IMG/VR virus record: IMGVR_UViG_3300027022_000002
Reading direction: 5' to 3' (one strand)
DNA from: an uncultured virus (IMG/VR IMGVR_UViG_3300027022_000002)
Taxonomy: Duplodnaviria > Heunggongvirae > Uroviricota > Caudoviricetes
Length of the DNA: 64,000 nucleotides
Shown here: positions 18,853-28,246 of the stretch, one piece after another
Position numbering within the stretch: position 1 is the first letter of the stretch
Layout: every line of letters starts with the position of its first letter
Made by a program: the position numbers and the translations under genes
The notes under the pieces: model-generated
What the model saw: only the letters and a program-made list of their open reading frames with translations
Told to the model about the DNA's origin: nothing
The model's database searches: none

Positions 18853-19731
18853 ATGAAGGTCACTGTGCACGCGGAGGATGCCCTGTTGCGCCTCGATTTC
18901 GTGCGGGACCTACGCCCATCGACCCCCGTGCGGCTGTGCGCGGGCAGCGACGTACATCCACTGCCCGCTTTTCAGGATCGGCCGCGCGGGTACCTGCTGG
19001 TCAGCGCGCGTCAAGGCGGAACCCTGTTTCAGGCGACGATTCCCGCGTGGCACAAGGACAGCGTCGATGCTGGCGAGACGTGGGTGGAGGCTGGCAGCCT
19101 CGCGAGGCTGGTCGACACATGGGAGCAAGGCGACGCAAACTACATGCTTCGCGTCGAGCGTGCGACACGCGACGGATCATCCAACGCGCTGACCTGGGCG
19201 CGCCACGATCGGCGCGCGCACGGCGAAATCGAGGCGCTGCGACCCATCCCGCACATTCACAGTCACCCATGGGTTAGGGACATCGGCCCGTGGGTGGCAG
19301 GCGAGCGGCACGCGTACAGCGGCAAGCGCTGGACGACAGGCGATTTCGAGCGCCTGCACGGATGGTCGGACACGGCGCGGCAGATGATCGGCCACCCCGA
19401 TGCGCGCGTCATGCGACGCGCGTCGGGAGAATGGGTCGCACCTGGCGCGCCAGACCACCCCGACGTGACGCTGCCAGTCGACAACACGCGAGGCGACAGG
19501 CGCTGCCCGGAAATCGAGCGCGTCACCATCAAAGCGCGCGATCTGTGCGACCTGGCGAAACACGCTGAGCGCATGTGCTGGACGCGCGGCGAGCGACTGC
19601 CAGATGAGCCACAGCAGATCCTCTGCGGGTCGGACGGCTGGTCCGCGCTGTTCGGATTCATCGGCCCGTACGGCAACCTGACGCTGTCCTACGTGTCCGT
19701 AGGGCAGCAACTGGAGCGCGTGTACCACTGA
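18853..19731 (+). CDS. Divergent beta sliding-clamp-like protein
   Basis: MKVTV..EDAL...LLVSA....FQATIPA...AGETWVEAGSLARLV resembles DnaN domain I; VTIKARDLCDL resembles the domain III motif. Confidence 0.45.
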   Translation: MKVTVHAEDALLRLDFVRDLRPSTPVRLCAGSDVHPLPAFQDRPRGYLLVSARQGGTLFQATIPAWHKDSVDAGETWVEAGSLARLVDTWEQGDANYMLRVERATRDGSSNALTWARHDRRAHGEIEALRPIPHIHSHPWVRDIGPWVAGERHAYSGKRWTTGDFERLHGWSDTARQMIGHPDARVMRRASGEWVAPGAPDHPDVTLPVDNTRGDRRCPEIERVTIKARDLCDLAKHAERMCWTRGERLPDEPQQILCGSDGWSALFGFIGPYGNLTLSYVSVGQQLERVYH

Positions 19732-19738
19732 CATCGAA

Positions 19739-19771
19739 GTGGTGCGCCAGTGGCGAAAGCTGGCGCACCAC
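19739..19771. other. Intergenic hairpin
   Basis: GTGGTGCGCCAG...CTGGCGCACCAC, 12-bp stem. Confidence 0.6.
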
Positions 19772-19795
19772 TCGCCAAGCATTGAGGGGGAAACC

Positions 19796-21250
19796 ATGAG
19801 CGTTACCGTCAAGGTCTCGCTGCAGTCGTTGAACAGCGCGCTGAACGTGCTTCGGTCTGTGTCGCTCGGGCTGACCACCCCGAGTACGCAGACGGTGGCG
19901 ATGGACCAGATCATCGTGGACAAGTCGGGCAGCGTCACGATCGAGGCTGCCAACTGGGACACCCGCCAGGGTGTCACCCTGCCCGGCGCGATCGCCGGGG
20001 CGACCGATGGCGGTCCGCTCGCCTACGGGGTGCCCGTGAACATCCGGGCCTGGTACAAGCAGATGCGTACCGTATGCCCGAAAACGATCAAGGGCGACGC
20101 GTGGGCGGAACTCACGCTCACCGGCAACATGCACGGCGGGTCGGTGACGCTGACCACCACTCAGGGCAGCGTGGCGCACGACATCGGAGAAAAGGCCAGC
20201 TACTACCTGGTCCCCGACCCCCGTAACAGTCGCCTCGGCGATGAGGTCGCCATCGCGCGGCTGACCATGGGCGACGTCGACCTGATCGACTCGGTGGCGG
20301 TAGCGGCGGGCAGTGACCCCCTGAAACCGCAGACACACGCGGTCAACCTGCACCGGGCAGGCGAGCTGTTGCGCGTGTACGCGACGGACACGTTCCGCGT
20401 GCACCGGGGCACCATCGACATCGGCACCGAGGCGTCGGTGGAGGTCGACATCTGCCCGGCGGTGGTCCCGTTGCGGCAGGGCATCACCCTGCTGCGCAAG
20501 TTCGACGACGGTGGCGACGTGCGCGCGTCGTATCTCCCGGACATGACGGACCCCCGCCACGGCACGTTGATCCTCGTCACGGACGCGGTACGGGTCAACA
20601 TTCCCACGTTGGACATGGGCGGTAGCCCGTTCGACGTGCGCAAGGCGTCGGAGGCGATCCTCGACAGGCGCGGCCCCGGATCGCCTGTGGATTGGTACCC
20701 GGGCGTTCTGCTGCCCGTGGCGGACGCGATGGACGCGTTCGACGAGGCGTCGAAGATCGCGCGCGGCTGCGGGTTGAACGTCACGATCGACGCTGACGCG
20801 TCGACGCTGACGTTCCACTTCGACGACCGCGACGCCACCGAAGCGGACACGCGGGACTGGCAGTACCGGTACGTGTGCGGCGGCGCGGACCTGATCGGTT
20901 CGGGCGAGGTCAGCGCGTGGCAGCCACAGTGGCTGGCTGACGCGCTGGCGGGCGTGTCGGACGACTGCGCCACCATCAGCTTCAGCGTCGCACCCAACCA
21001 CGGGGTGATGCGCTACTTCACCATCCAGGGCAGCGACTTCGAGGCGTTCATCGCCGGCATGAAGGTCAGCGCGGCGCAGGTCGCGGAAGCGCCACAGGTG
21101 CGCCAGCCGCAGCCCGAGCCGGCGCAACCAGTCAAGGGCGTCGCCCCGGACCGGCCCACGGCTGGATCCCCGACGGGCAAGGCCCGTCAATCCAAGTCCC
21201 CGATGGGACGCGCGCGGGCCACCCGCAAGAGCAAGGGGCGGAAGCCGTGA
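19796..21250 (+). CDS. DNA polymerase III beta sliding-clamp homologue with basic C-terminal tail
   Basis: VAVAAGSDPLKPQTHAVNL...LRVYATDTFRVH matches the DnaN AA..D..RP.L.GV...ATD.(Y/F)RL motif; three-domain length; WQPQWLADAL in domain III. Confidence 0.7.
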   Translation: MSVTVKVSLQSLNSALNVLRSVSLGLTTPSTQTVAMDQIIVDKSGSVTIEAANWDTRQGVTLPGAIAGATDGGPLAYGVPVNIRAWYKQMRTVCPKTIKGDAWAELTLTGNMHGGSVTLTTTQGSVAHDIGEKASYYLVPDPRNSRLGDEVAIARLTMGDVDLIDSVAVAAGSDPLKPQTHAVNLHRAGELLRVYATDTFRVHRGTIDIGTEASVEVDICPAVVPLRQGITLLRKFDDGGDVRASYLPDMTDPRHGTLILVTDAVRVNIPTLDMGGSPFDVRKASEAILDRRGPGSPVDWYPGVLLPVADAMDAFDEASKIARGCGLNVTIDADASTLTFHFDDRDATEADTRDWQYRYVCGGADLIGSGEVSAWQPQWLADALAGVSDDCATISFSVAPNHGVMRYFTIQGSDFEAFIAGMKVSAAQVAEAPQVRQPQPEPAQPVKGVAPDRPTAGSPTGKARQSKSPMGRARATRKSKGRKP

Positions 21251-21516
21251 GCGCGGGAGTCGAGGCCGGGGAGCTGCGCGACTTCCTCCGGGAGACGCTG
21301 CCGAAAGCGGCGCACAAGAAGATCGACACCATCGTCGAGTGGTTCTCGGCGGAAGCGGCGTCGGTCGCCCAGGTCGACGTCGTCGGCGGACGCGTCGAGG
21401 TCGAAGAGGTCGAGGCGTACGGGCTGCGGATCGGGGTGGACGCGTGCGGCAACGCCGTCACCGTCACCTTCCCGTACCCGGGCGGGGAGATCGCCGAGAC
21501 GTGGGGAAGGGGGTAA
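21247..21516 (+). CDS. Hypothetical protein
   Basis: GTGA overlap with the previous gene. Confidence 0.55.
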   Translation: MSAGVEAGELRDFLRETLPKAAHKKIDTIVEWFSAEAASVAQVDVVGGRVEVEEVEAYGLRIGVDACGNAVTVTFPYPGGEIAETWGRG

Positions 21517-21551
21517 GCCTCTGGGATGGCCTGAACAGTGCGCGACTGACT

Positions 21552-21604
21552 GACACGGTGAAGCCCTACCGGCCCGCAGAGGGAAGGTAGGGCTTCACTG
21601 TGTC
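21552..21604. terminator. Long hairpin between convergent units
   Basis: GACACGGTGAAGCCCTACC...GGTAGGGCTTCACTGTGTC, 19-bp stem with one G-T pair. Confidence 0.65.
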
Positions 21605-21700
21605 CCTTGTTAACCGCCAAGCTCAACCAGGGCTGCGAAATCCCCGTCTCGGTTGAGCCCGGGACCGCGTAGCGCGCCAACGCCAAACGCGGCCGATCGA

Positions 21701-21758
21701 ACCGTAGCACGGGGCCCTTGCGACACAGTGCGCCTGCTGGCGCGAACGTGTGCGACAC
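21701..21758 (-). promoter_or_regulatory. Putative late promoter
   Basis: Minus-strand extended -10 TGcTACGGT (21709-21701), with upstream direct repeats GTGTCGCA at 21719-21726 and 21751-21758. Confidence 0.4.
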
Positions 21759-21803
21759 CTCGGAGGCTACCAGCGGCGCGGCGTACGCGCCTCTCAGAGG
21801 CTG

Positions 21804-22094
21804 CTACGCGGCGTGGCGTCTTCCTGGTCGGGTGGCGTGGATATCGGCCTCACAGGCCACCACGTCGGCCCAGCGGTACAGGTTCGCGGGCTTCCCCGGC
21901 CCGTCGACGCGGGCAGGCTCGTCGGGCAGGTCGGGCACGGGTCGGCCTGCCAGCGCGGCGAGCTGGCCACGGGTCACCAGTCGCAGCCTGCCCGTGCGTA
22001 CCCAGTCGCGTAGGCGGTCGGCGCGCACGTCTCCCCACCTTTCGCGCACGTCGAGCGCGGTGACCAGCTCCACCCCGGCGACGGTCCAGCTCAC
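21804..22094 (-). CDS. MerR-like HTH DNA-binding protein (putative late regulator)
   Basis: DRLRDWVRTGRL...LYRWADV; last early gene. Confidence 0.6.
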   Translation of the reverse strand: MSWTVAGVELVTALDVRERWGDVRADRLRDWVRTGRLRLVTRGQLAALAGRPVPDLPDEPARVDGPGKPANLYRWADVVACEADIHATRPGRRHAA

Positions 22095-23092
22095 GACCGG
22101 CCGCCTTTGCCCGCCATGGTGGACCCGGCCCGGGAGGGCCGGTGCCGCAGCACCTCGCCGACCAGGTCGGTGGTGGTGACGCCGAGCCGGGCGGCGAGGT
22201 CGTGCCACACGCCGTCGCGGGCGGGCCACACGTGCCGTTTCCCCGCGTATCGGGTGGGGCATCCGCAGGGGCAGGCGTGGCCGGCGCACTGGCAGACGTC
22301 GTTGCGGCAGCGGATCTGCCAGTCGGACGGTTTCGGGGACCGGCACATGGCGACCAGGTCGCGGGCCCCGCAGGCCGGGCAGCGTGCTTTCAGGACGAGG
22401 TCGACGTCGCCGGTGATCCGGGCGGCCCGGCGGCATGTCTGGTCGACGCGGGTGACGGTGTCGACGGCGTGCTGCAGCTGGTCGCCGTCGAGCTGCTCGG
22501 CACGGCGGTCGAGGTCGTCCAGTAACAGCGCCACGGTGGCGTCGCAGTGGTCGCAGCGGCATCGGCCGGTCGCGCCGCACAGCCAGCACGGCGGCGGCGC
22601 GGTGCGGCCGGTGCCGGCGCAGTCGGGGCAGGGAGCCCAGGCGAGGACGGAGCCGGGCATGGCGGGTAGGGCTGCGGTGGCGGCTTGGATGCGGTCGCCT
22701 CGGCCGGCGCAGGGCCAGCAGATGCCGGTGGTGGTGCGGGCGGCCGGATCCGGAATCCGCTGTCCTAGGATGGTTGATGCCGTGGTGCCGGCCAGCACCG
22801 TCAGCCGCCGGGCCACGTCGACACGCGCCACCACCGCGCTCACCCTCGCCACATCAGGTCGTGGCCCCGCCCCCGCTCTGCCCGCCTTCAGCGCCTCGGC
22901 GGCGGCGTGACGGTCCTTTCTGACCTGCGCGGACTCGGCTGCTTCCTGTTCGGGTGACAGGTGGCGTTCCAGCCATGACCCGGGCGCGGAGCCTGCGGGC
23001 AGGGACTCGCCGAGCATCCACCAGCTGAACCGCAGCTCGCCGATCGCGGCCCGCAGCGTGTGCGGGTCGGCCGGCTGCGGGCGGGCCGTCAT
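22091..23092 (-). CDS. Cys-rich zinc-binding protein (putative late activator)
   Basis: Multiple CxxC motifs (CWPC, CPDC, CWLC, CDHC, CPAC); position at the end of the early region. Confidence 0.6.
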   Translation of the reverse strand: MTARPQPADPHTLRAAIGELRFSWWMLGESLPAGSAPGSWLERHLSPEQEAAESAQVRKDRHAAAEALKAGRAGAGPRPDVARVSAVVARVDVARRLTVLAGTTASTILGQRIPDPAARTTTGICWPCAGRGDRIQAATAALPAMPGSVLAWAPCPDCAGTGRTAPPPCWLCGATGRCRCDHCDATVALLLDDLDRRAEQLDGDQLQHAVDTVTRVDQTCRRAARITGDVDLVLKARCPACGARDLVAMCRSPKPSDWQIRCRNDVCQCAGHACPCGCPTRYAGKRHVWPARDGVWHDLAARLGVTTTDLVGEVLRHRPSRAGSTMAGKGGRS

Positions 23093-23571
23093 CGGGCGGC
23101 GGTCGGGCCGTAGCGTTTCGCGGCGGTGCGCCGCCGTACCGTCGCCGGATCGTCAGGCGGCGGCGGTTGGGGGTAGGTGAGGTCGGGCGGGGTGGGGCCG
23201 AGATTCCGGGCGGGCGGGTCGCCGAACGCGGCCGGTACACCGTCCTGGTCGGCCTGCTCGGTGCCGGGTTGGCGGACCAGCATCCAGCCGTGGGCGGCAC
23301 ACACGTCCCACAGGCGGGCGGCTGCCGGGTCGCCGACGGCGGTAGCGGCTTCGTCGGGGGTGACGGGGATCAGGTCGGGCATCTCGGTGCCGTGGATCGA
23401 CCGGGGCTGGATCGTCGCCGACGGGCACAGCACCAGCCCGTGTCGGCGGGCGGCGGCTTCGATCGCGGCGCGGTGCGGGTCGTGGGCGTCGTAGCGGATC
23501 GCCGGGTACCGGGCGGCGACGCGTTCGACGAGTTGCGTGATGTACGGCGGGGTCTCGGATGCACCGGCCAT
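23089..23571 (-). CDS. Hypothetical protein
   Basis: AAGGA RBS, ATGA overlap downstream. Confidence 0.6.
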   Translation of the reverse strand: MAGASETPPYITQLVERVAARYPAIRYDAHDPHRAAIEAAARRHGLVLCPSATIQPRSIHGTEMPDLIPVTPDEAATAVGDPAAARLWDVCAAHGWMLVRQPGTEQADQDGVPAAFGDPPARNLGPTPPDLTYPQPPPPDDPATVRRRTAAKRYGPTAAR

Positions 23572-23747
23572 GTGATGGTCCTTCGCGGTCGCGGGTCCAG
23601 CACGTGGTGCGTCCAGCTACGCCCCTGTTCGTGCCGGTGTGTGCAGGGCCGAGCCTATCCGTAACGGCGTGACCAGGGCGACTGTCCGCACGGTGGACGT
23701 CCCGTTGACCCGTGGGGCCGACGCGCGGACACCTACCAGGACTCGCC

Positions 23748-23788
23748 CGTATAGCGCGCTACACGGATCGTATAGCGCGTTATACGAT
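23748..23788 (+). promoter_or_regulatory. Tandem palindromic operators and -10 of a leaderless gene
   Basis: CGTATAGCGCGCTACACG and CGTATAGCGCGTTATACG; TACGAT lies 7 nt before GTG 23796. Confidence 0.65.
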
Positions 23789-23795
23789 GTGGGGT

Positions 23796-24212
23796 GTGAC
23801 CACGATAGACGAACTCGCCCACGAGATCCGCCGCCGCCACAGCATCGGCCGCCACGCCGCGGCCGTCGACGTCGCCCGGGTCCACGTCGACCAGATCGCC
23901 GACGACCCCGACCTGTGGAACGCCGACACCGAACACCTCACCGACGCCGGCCGGCAGCTCGTCCTCGAAGCGGTCGCCGCGTCGTACAGCGTCGGAGCCA
24001 TCGCCACCCGGGCCGCGCAGATCCTGACCGACCTCGAAGACCAGGCCGTGCAGATCCGCGACACCCGCGACCGCCTCGCCGAGCTACTCGACGAGCGGAA
24101 CGGCCTGATCCGGGCCGCGCTGCGCACCGAAGCCCCGGTCCCGACGATCGCCGCCGCCGCCGGGGTGAAGCCATCCCGTGTGCACCAGATCAACACGGCG
24201 ATGACCCGATGA
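23796..24212 (+). CDS. Small HTH protein
   Basis: C-terminal RNGLIRAAL...VPTIAAAAGVKPSRVHQI. Confidence 0.65.
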   Translation: MTTIDELAHEIRRRHSIGRHAAAVDVARVHVDQIADDPDLWNADTEHLTDAGRQLVLEAVAASYSVGAIATRAAQILTDLEDQAVQIRDTRDRLAELLDERNGLIRAALRTEAPVPTIAAAAGVKPSRVHQINTAMTR

Positions 24213-25063
24213 ACGGGTTCACAGCGACCGAACTCGCCGCCCGCTACGGCGTGCACCGCGCTTCCATCCTGAACTGGCTGGCCGAAGACGGCGCACCCCA
24301 ACACGTCGCGGGGAACATCCGCCGCCGCCGGTACGACCCTGACCAGTTCGACACCTGGGTCCGCGACGCGCACCCCAGCGCCATCCTGCCCCACGAGATC
24401 GACGGCACCGCGACCCTGACCGATCTAGCCGCACTGCTCAACACGTCCCGGTGGGGCCTACTCAGAGCGATGCAGGAAGGCGAACTCCGAGGCCGTCCAG
24501 CGCCCCAAGCCGCAGGGAAGGTCAACCGGGGCGGCTGGGCTGTCGACGTCTACCCGGTGGACGACTTCCGCAGCTGGCACACGTCCAGCGGCAGCCGGCC
24601 CCGCCGCCGCATCCTGAACGCCGGGGCGGCCATCCTCAACGCCCGCCCCGCGCACGGCACCGAAGGCCGTTGGAAGAAGCACCGCTGCACCTGCCCCGTC
24701 TGCAGGTCGGCCCGGGTGGCGGCCAGAGCGGACGAACGCACACCCGGCGGCCAGATCGGGCGGACCACCAGAGCCGCGCACCGGCTCGTCAACGCGATGC
24801 TCGCCCCGACAGCGGAGGCACCTGACCGGCTCGCGGAGATCGGCGCGGCTCTGACCGACCCGGTCGCGCTCGCCGCGTTGCGCGCCGTCGCTTCCGCGTA
24901 CCCTGACGCCATCGCGGCCAGGGCGGTCGAACGCTACCTTGAGATCCCCCGGCGGAACGGTCCCCGCGTCTGGAGACTGCTCACCAGAGCCAGGCTCGTC
25001 GTCGTCGACGACTCGCCGGCCCGGATGTGCCGGTACGCGCCGATCCTCGCCGAGGACGACTAG
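24209..25063 (+). CDS. Multi-HTH DNA-binding protein with a Zn-binding motif
   Basis: TATELAARYGVHRASILNW, TLTDLAALLNTSR, HGT...CTCPVC. Confidence 0.65.
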   Translation: MNGFTATELAARYGVHRASILNWLAEDGAPQHVAGNIRRRRYDPDQFDTWVRDAHPSAILPHEIDGTATLTDLAALLNTSRWGLLRAMQEGELRGRPAPQAAGKVNRGGWAVDVYPVDDFRSWHTSSGSRPRRRILNAGAAILNARPAHGTEGRWKKHRCTCPVCRSARVAARADERTPGGQIGRTTRAAHRLVNAMLAPTAEAPDRLAEIGAALTDPVALAALRAVASAYPDAIAARAVERYLEIPRRNGPRVWRLLTRARLVVVDDSPARMCRYAPILAEDD

Positions 25064-25806
25064 CCCTTCCGTCGCTGCCGGGCCTGTTCGATCCGGGCGT
25101 CCAGCTCCCGCCGCAACTCGTCGGGCATCCGCCCGGACACGCCCGGCAGCGGAGGCTGCGGATCGGCCGGCGGCGGGGTCTCGCGCGCGTGCGCGCGTGC
25201 GCGCGGGCCGGCGGTTCGACCGGTCGAACCGGTCGCTGGTGGGGCGGTGAACAGGGCGTTTTGCCAGTGCCCGGCGGGAGGCTGACGGGGGTCGTCCTCG
25301 GAGTAGTGCAGGACGCCGCGGTCGTCGATCCGGGGCGGCTGGACCGCCCCGCCTTTGCCATCGCGGGTGCAGATGAACACGGGGCCTTCGTGGAGGGGTC
25401 CGACCGGTAGGGGCCGGTAGAACCATGCAGGGAGGAAGCCGGTCAGCTCGGCGAGGAGTTCGACCTGCCGGGCGGTCGGCACCGCCAGGCCGCATTCCCA
25501 CAGGTCCACGTCGGGTTCGGCCGCGTCGCAGGCTTCGTCCACCTCGGGGCCGTAGAGGCCGCGTACGTCGAGGGCGATGGTGATGCGGGCGGGGACGACC
25601 TTCCCTGAGCCGATCAGCTTCCGGTCTTCCTGACGCTGTACGGCTTCCCGGTAGCGGGCGAGGCCGGCGGCGGTCTGTTCGGCGGCGAGCCGGCGGGCGG
25701 GGGCCTTGGCTCGGCGGGTGCGGGGGTGGAGGTGTTCGGTGCCGTCGGGGCCGGGCGGGGGCTGGTCGGGGACGACCTGCAGGTGGCGGCGGCTGCGTGG
25801 CGGCAT
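25060..25806 (-). CDS. XRE-like HTH protein
   Basis: RITIALDVRGL...VDLWECGLAVPTARQVELLAELTGF..AWFY. Confidence 0.6.
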   Translation of the reverse strand: MPPRSRRHLQVVPDQPPPGPDGTEHLHPRTRRAKAPARRLAAEQTAAGLARYREAVQRQEDRKLIGSGKVVPARITIALDVRGLYGPEVDEACDAAEPDVDLWECGLAVPTARQVELLAELTGFLPAWFYRPLPVGPLHEGPVFICTRDGKGGAVQPPRIDDRGVLHYSEDDPRQPPAGHWQNALFTAPPATGSTGRTAGPRARAHARETPPPADPQPPLPGVSGRMPDELRRELDARIEQARQRRKG

Positions 25807-25878
25807 GGCGGCGGCTTCCCTTCCCGGGCGGTCGGGGCCCGGCCACCCCGGGGCGGGGGTGGCCGGGCCTGGGCGGGG

Positions 25879-26535
25879 TTACAGCTCGGCTGGTTGCTCG
25901 TTGTCGCGGCGGCGGGCCCACACGATCAGGCCGGCTCCGGCGGTGACGAGTAGCGCGGCGGCACCGGTCAGGGTGAGCGCCGGTGCCCCGGTGAGGGGGA
26001 GTTGTTCGTCGTCGCCGTCGCCTCCGGCGGTGCCGGACGGTGTCGCGGTCGGCGTCGGGGTGCCTGCCGACGGCGGGGTGGTGGACGTGGCGCTCGGCGT
26101 CGGGGACGCCGTCGGGCTGGCCGACGCCGTCGGGGTCGGGGTCGGGGTTGGCGTGGGGCAGCCGGCGGGGTCCGTCCAGTCGCCGACCCGGGCGATGAGC
26201 ATCCAGCCGTGCTGCTTGTGCCAGGCGCGGACGACGATGCCGACGGCGTGGCCGGCGGGCACCGTCACCTTGGCCTGGTCGCCGGCCGGCACGTCCACGG
26301 TTTCCTTCCACGCCCCGGCGTCGGCGACGACCCGCCAGCGGACATCCGCCCAGTCGGGCGAGGTGACCGTGACGGTGGTGGTGCCGTCGCAGTTGTGGAC
26401 GGCGGCCGGCTCCTGCGCTGGCGGGTGGTGCGGTGTGGCGGCTCGGACGGGATCGATCCCGAACCATCCGGTGCCGATGGTGAAGATCAACGCCAGCCCG
26501 ACTGCGACGGCGGCGAGTGTGGTGCGAGGGCTCAT
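25879..26535 (-). CDS. Sortase-anchored (LPXTG) surface protein
   Basis: Signal peptide, PT-rich linker, LPLTG followed by a hydrophobic helix and RRR tail. Confidence 0.85.
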   Translation of the reverse strand: MSPRTTLAAVAVGLALIFTIGTGWFGIDPVRAATPHHPPAQEPAAVHNCDGTTTVTVTSPDWADVRWRVVADAGAWKETVDVPAGDQAKVTVPAGHAVGIVVRAWHKQHGWMLIARVGDWTDPAGCPTPTPTPTPTASASPTASPTPSATSTTPPSAGTPTPTATPSGTAGGDGDDEQLPLTGAPALTLTGAAALLVTAGAGLIVWARRRDNEQPAEL

Positions 26536-26624
26536 GATCGGTTAGTCCTTCTTTCTCTCGGTGCCCGGCCACACCACCACGGTGTGGCCGGGCCGGACTT
26601 AGGAGAGGGGTGGGGCGGGCGGGC

Positions 26625-27554
26625 TTACTGCGGTGGCGGCATACCGGGAAGCGGCACGTCGTCCCACGGCTGCTGGCCGGTTCTGGCGGGCTCGGACTTG
26701 AACGACCGGACGGACACCACGCCACGTGAGAGGAGATCCAAGACGACGGCGGTCATCAACTCGCGGTTGCGTCGCGGCACGTCGGGCCACGGTACAGCCG
26801 ACTCACGGCGGGTCTCGTAGCCGTGTTCCGGGGCGAGCCGTTCGTACGCCGAGTGGAACTGGGCTGCGACCTGCTCCGCTATCGGGGCGTCGTCGTCGGC
26901 ACCCTGGCGGGCCGCCGTCAGGGCGTTGTTCTCGGCCCGCAGGGAGTCGACCTGAGCCGCGAGCCGGGACGACTCGTCCAGGGTCAGCCGCTCGTCCCGT
27001 TCCCCCTTGAGCGCGTCGACCAGGTGCAGCGCCACGTTGGCCAACACCAGGGCAGGGGTGGTGCCGGTCAGCCCGGCCACGCCCCGTTCGATCAGCCCGG
27101 AGGCGAGCGTCGCACGGACCTCGTCCAGGTTGGCATCGTCGGCGCGGGCCTGGTCAGCGGCGGCTTGGGCCGCCTGCCGGGCGGTGTTGGCCCGGTCCAG
27201 CTCGGCGCGGAGCCGCTGGTTCTCCTCGGCGGCGGCCACGCACATCTGCTCGGCGACGACCCGTTCCAGGTAGCCGGGGGTGCACAGGCAGCTGCCGATG
27301 CCGCAGCACTGGCCTTCGCAGCCCCGGTGGCCGTCGCAGCCGCAGTCGTTCACCTTCGGCGAGAACGCCCCCGGCAGGGGGATCACCACGACCGGGGTGT
27401 AGGTGTCTGCGTACCGGCCGCCGCGTTCGGCGACCCCGGCCAGCCACTGCGCCTTCTCGGCCACGGTGGTGCGGTCGTACTCGACGTGGATGGTGTGGGC
27501 GACGGACGGCGGGCGGCCGTCGCCACGGTCCTGCAGCACCAGGTACATCATCAC
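26625..27554 (-). CDS. Hypothetical coiled-coil protein with Cys cluster
   Basis: CGC...CEGQCCGIGSCLC, long helical region. Confidence 0.65.
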   Translation of the reverse strand: MMMYLVLQDRGDGRPPSVAHTIHVEYDRTTVAEKAQWLAGVAERGGRYADTYTPVVVIPLPGAFSPKVNDCGCDGHRGCEGQCCGIGSCLCTPGYLERVVAEQMCVAAAEENQRLRAELDRANTARQAAQAAADQARADDANLDEVRATLASGLIERGVAGLTGTTPALVLANVALHLVDALKGERDERLTLDESSRLAAQVDSLRAENNALTAARQGADDDAPIAEQVAAQFHSAYERLAPEHGYETRRESAVPWPDVPRRNRELMTAVVLDLLSRGVVSVRSFKSEPARTGQQPWDDVPLPGMPPPQ

Positions 27555-27751
27555 CGGCCCACCTCCGTCTTGTCGGGCAGCTGAGCGAGCAGAGTCAGCG
27601 CCTGCCCGGTGGTGCGGTAATGGGGTGCGTTACGCAGGTGGTGGACCATGCCGGACAGGCCGGCGTCCGGGTCGACGGCGAAGATCTCGAACTGCCGGGT
27701 GCAGTCGTCGGCGGGACAGGTCAGGACTTCCAACACCTCGTCGTCACTCAT
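27551..27751 (-). CDS. Small C2H2-like zinc-finger protein
   Basis: CPADDC...HL...PH. Confidence 0.55.
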   Translation of the reverse strand: MSDDEVLEVLTCPADDCTRQFEIFAVDPDAGLSGMVHHLRNAPHYRTTGQALTLLAQLPDKTEVGR

Positions 27752-28157
27752 GGACGCCTGCCATGATCTCGGCGTAGGCGCGCGGCGTTCCGCTGCCGTC
27801 GGCGGGATTGATCGCGTCGTCGGGGTCGACGCTGATGCAGAGCACCATCAGCGCCCGTCCGCCGCTGGCGAGTTTGACGAGTTCGCCGGTGGCGGCGCAG
27901 GCCCTGCCCAGCGAGTCCCGGTAGTTCAGGTCGGCGATCTTCGCGACGTTCGGTCCGAGGATCAGCGGCACCAAGCCGCCGTCGGTGGCCGACATCAGGT
28001 GGCAGGACGCCCGGTGCACGCCGGACTCCTCGCCTTCGAGGATCGTGTAGTCGGCGAACGTGCCGGCGACGGTGATGACGTCGCCGAACCGGAGGCCCCG
28101 GACCGTCAGGTCACGGGAGACATGCGGCGGCACACTGCCGCCGTGTTGGCTGTTCAT
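27744..28157 (-). CDS. Hypothetical protein
   Basis: Co-oriented ORF; start uncertain. Confidence 0.5.
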   Translation of the reverse strand: MNSQHGGSVPPHVSRDLTVRGLRFGDVITVAGTFADYTILEGEESGVHRASCHLMSATDGGLVPLILGPNVAKIADLNYRDSLGRACAATGELVKLASGGRALMVLCISVDPDDAINPADGSGTPRAYAEIMAGVHE

Positions 28158-28246
28158 CTTCGCGGGTTTCTTTCTGTGTGTGGTTTTCAGGTAAGGGCCC
28201 CCAGCTGAGCCCTTCTTTCTGTGCGCCTGCCTCACGGAGGGCGGGT

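Noticed and set aside
19658..21190. 510-aa minus-strand ORF
   Set aside because: Shadow of the clamp-like gene; Arg/Val-rich composition with no motifs.
21520..21800. tRNA gene
   Set aside because: A GGTTCGATC is present on the minus strand, but no cloverleaf with acceptor stem and anticodon arm could be built.
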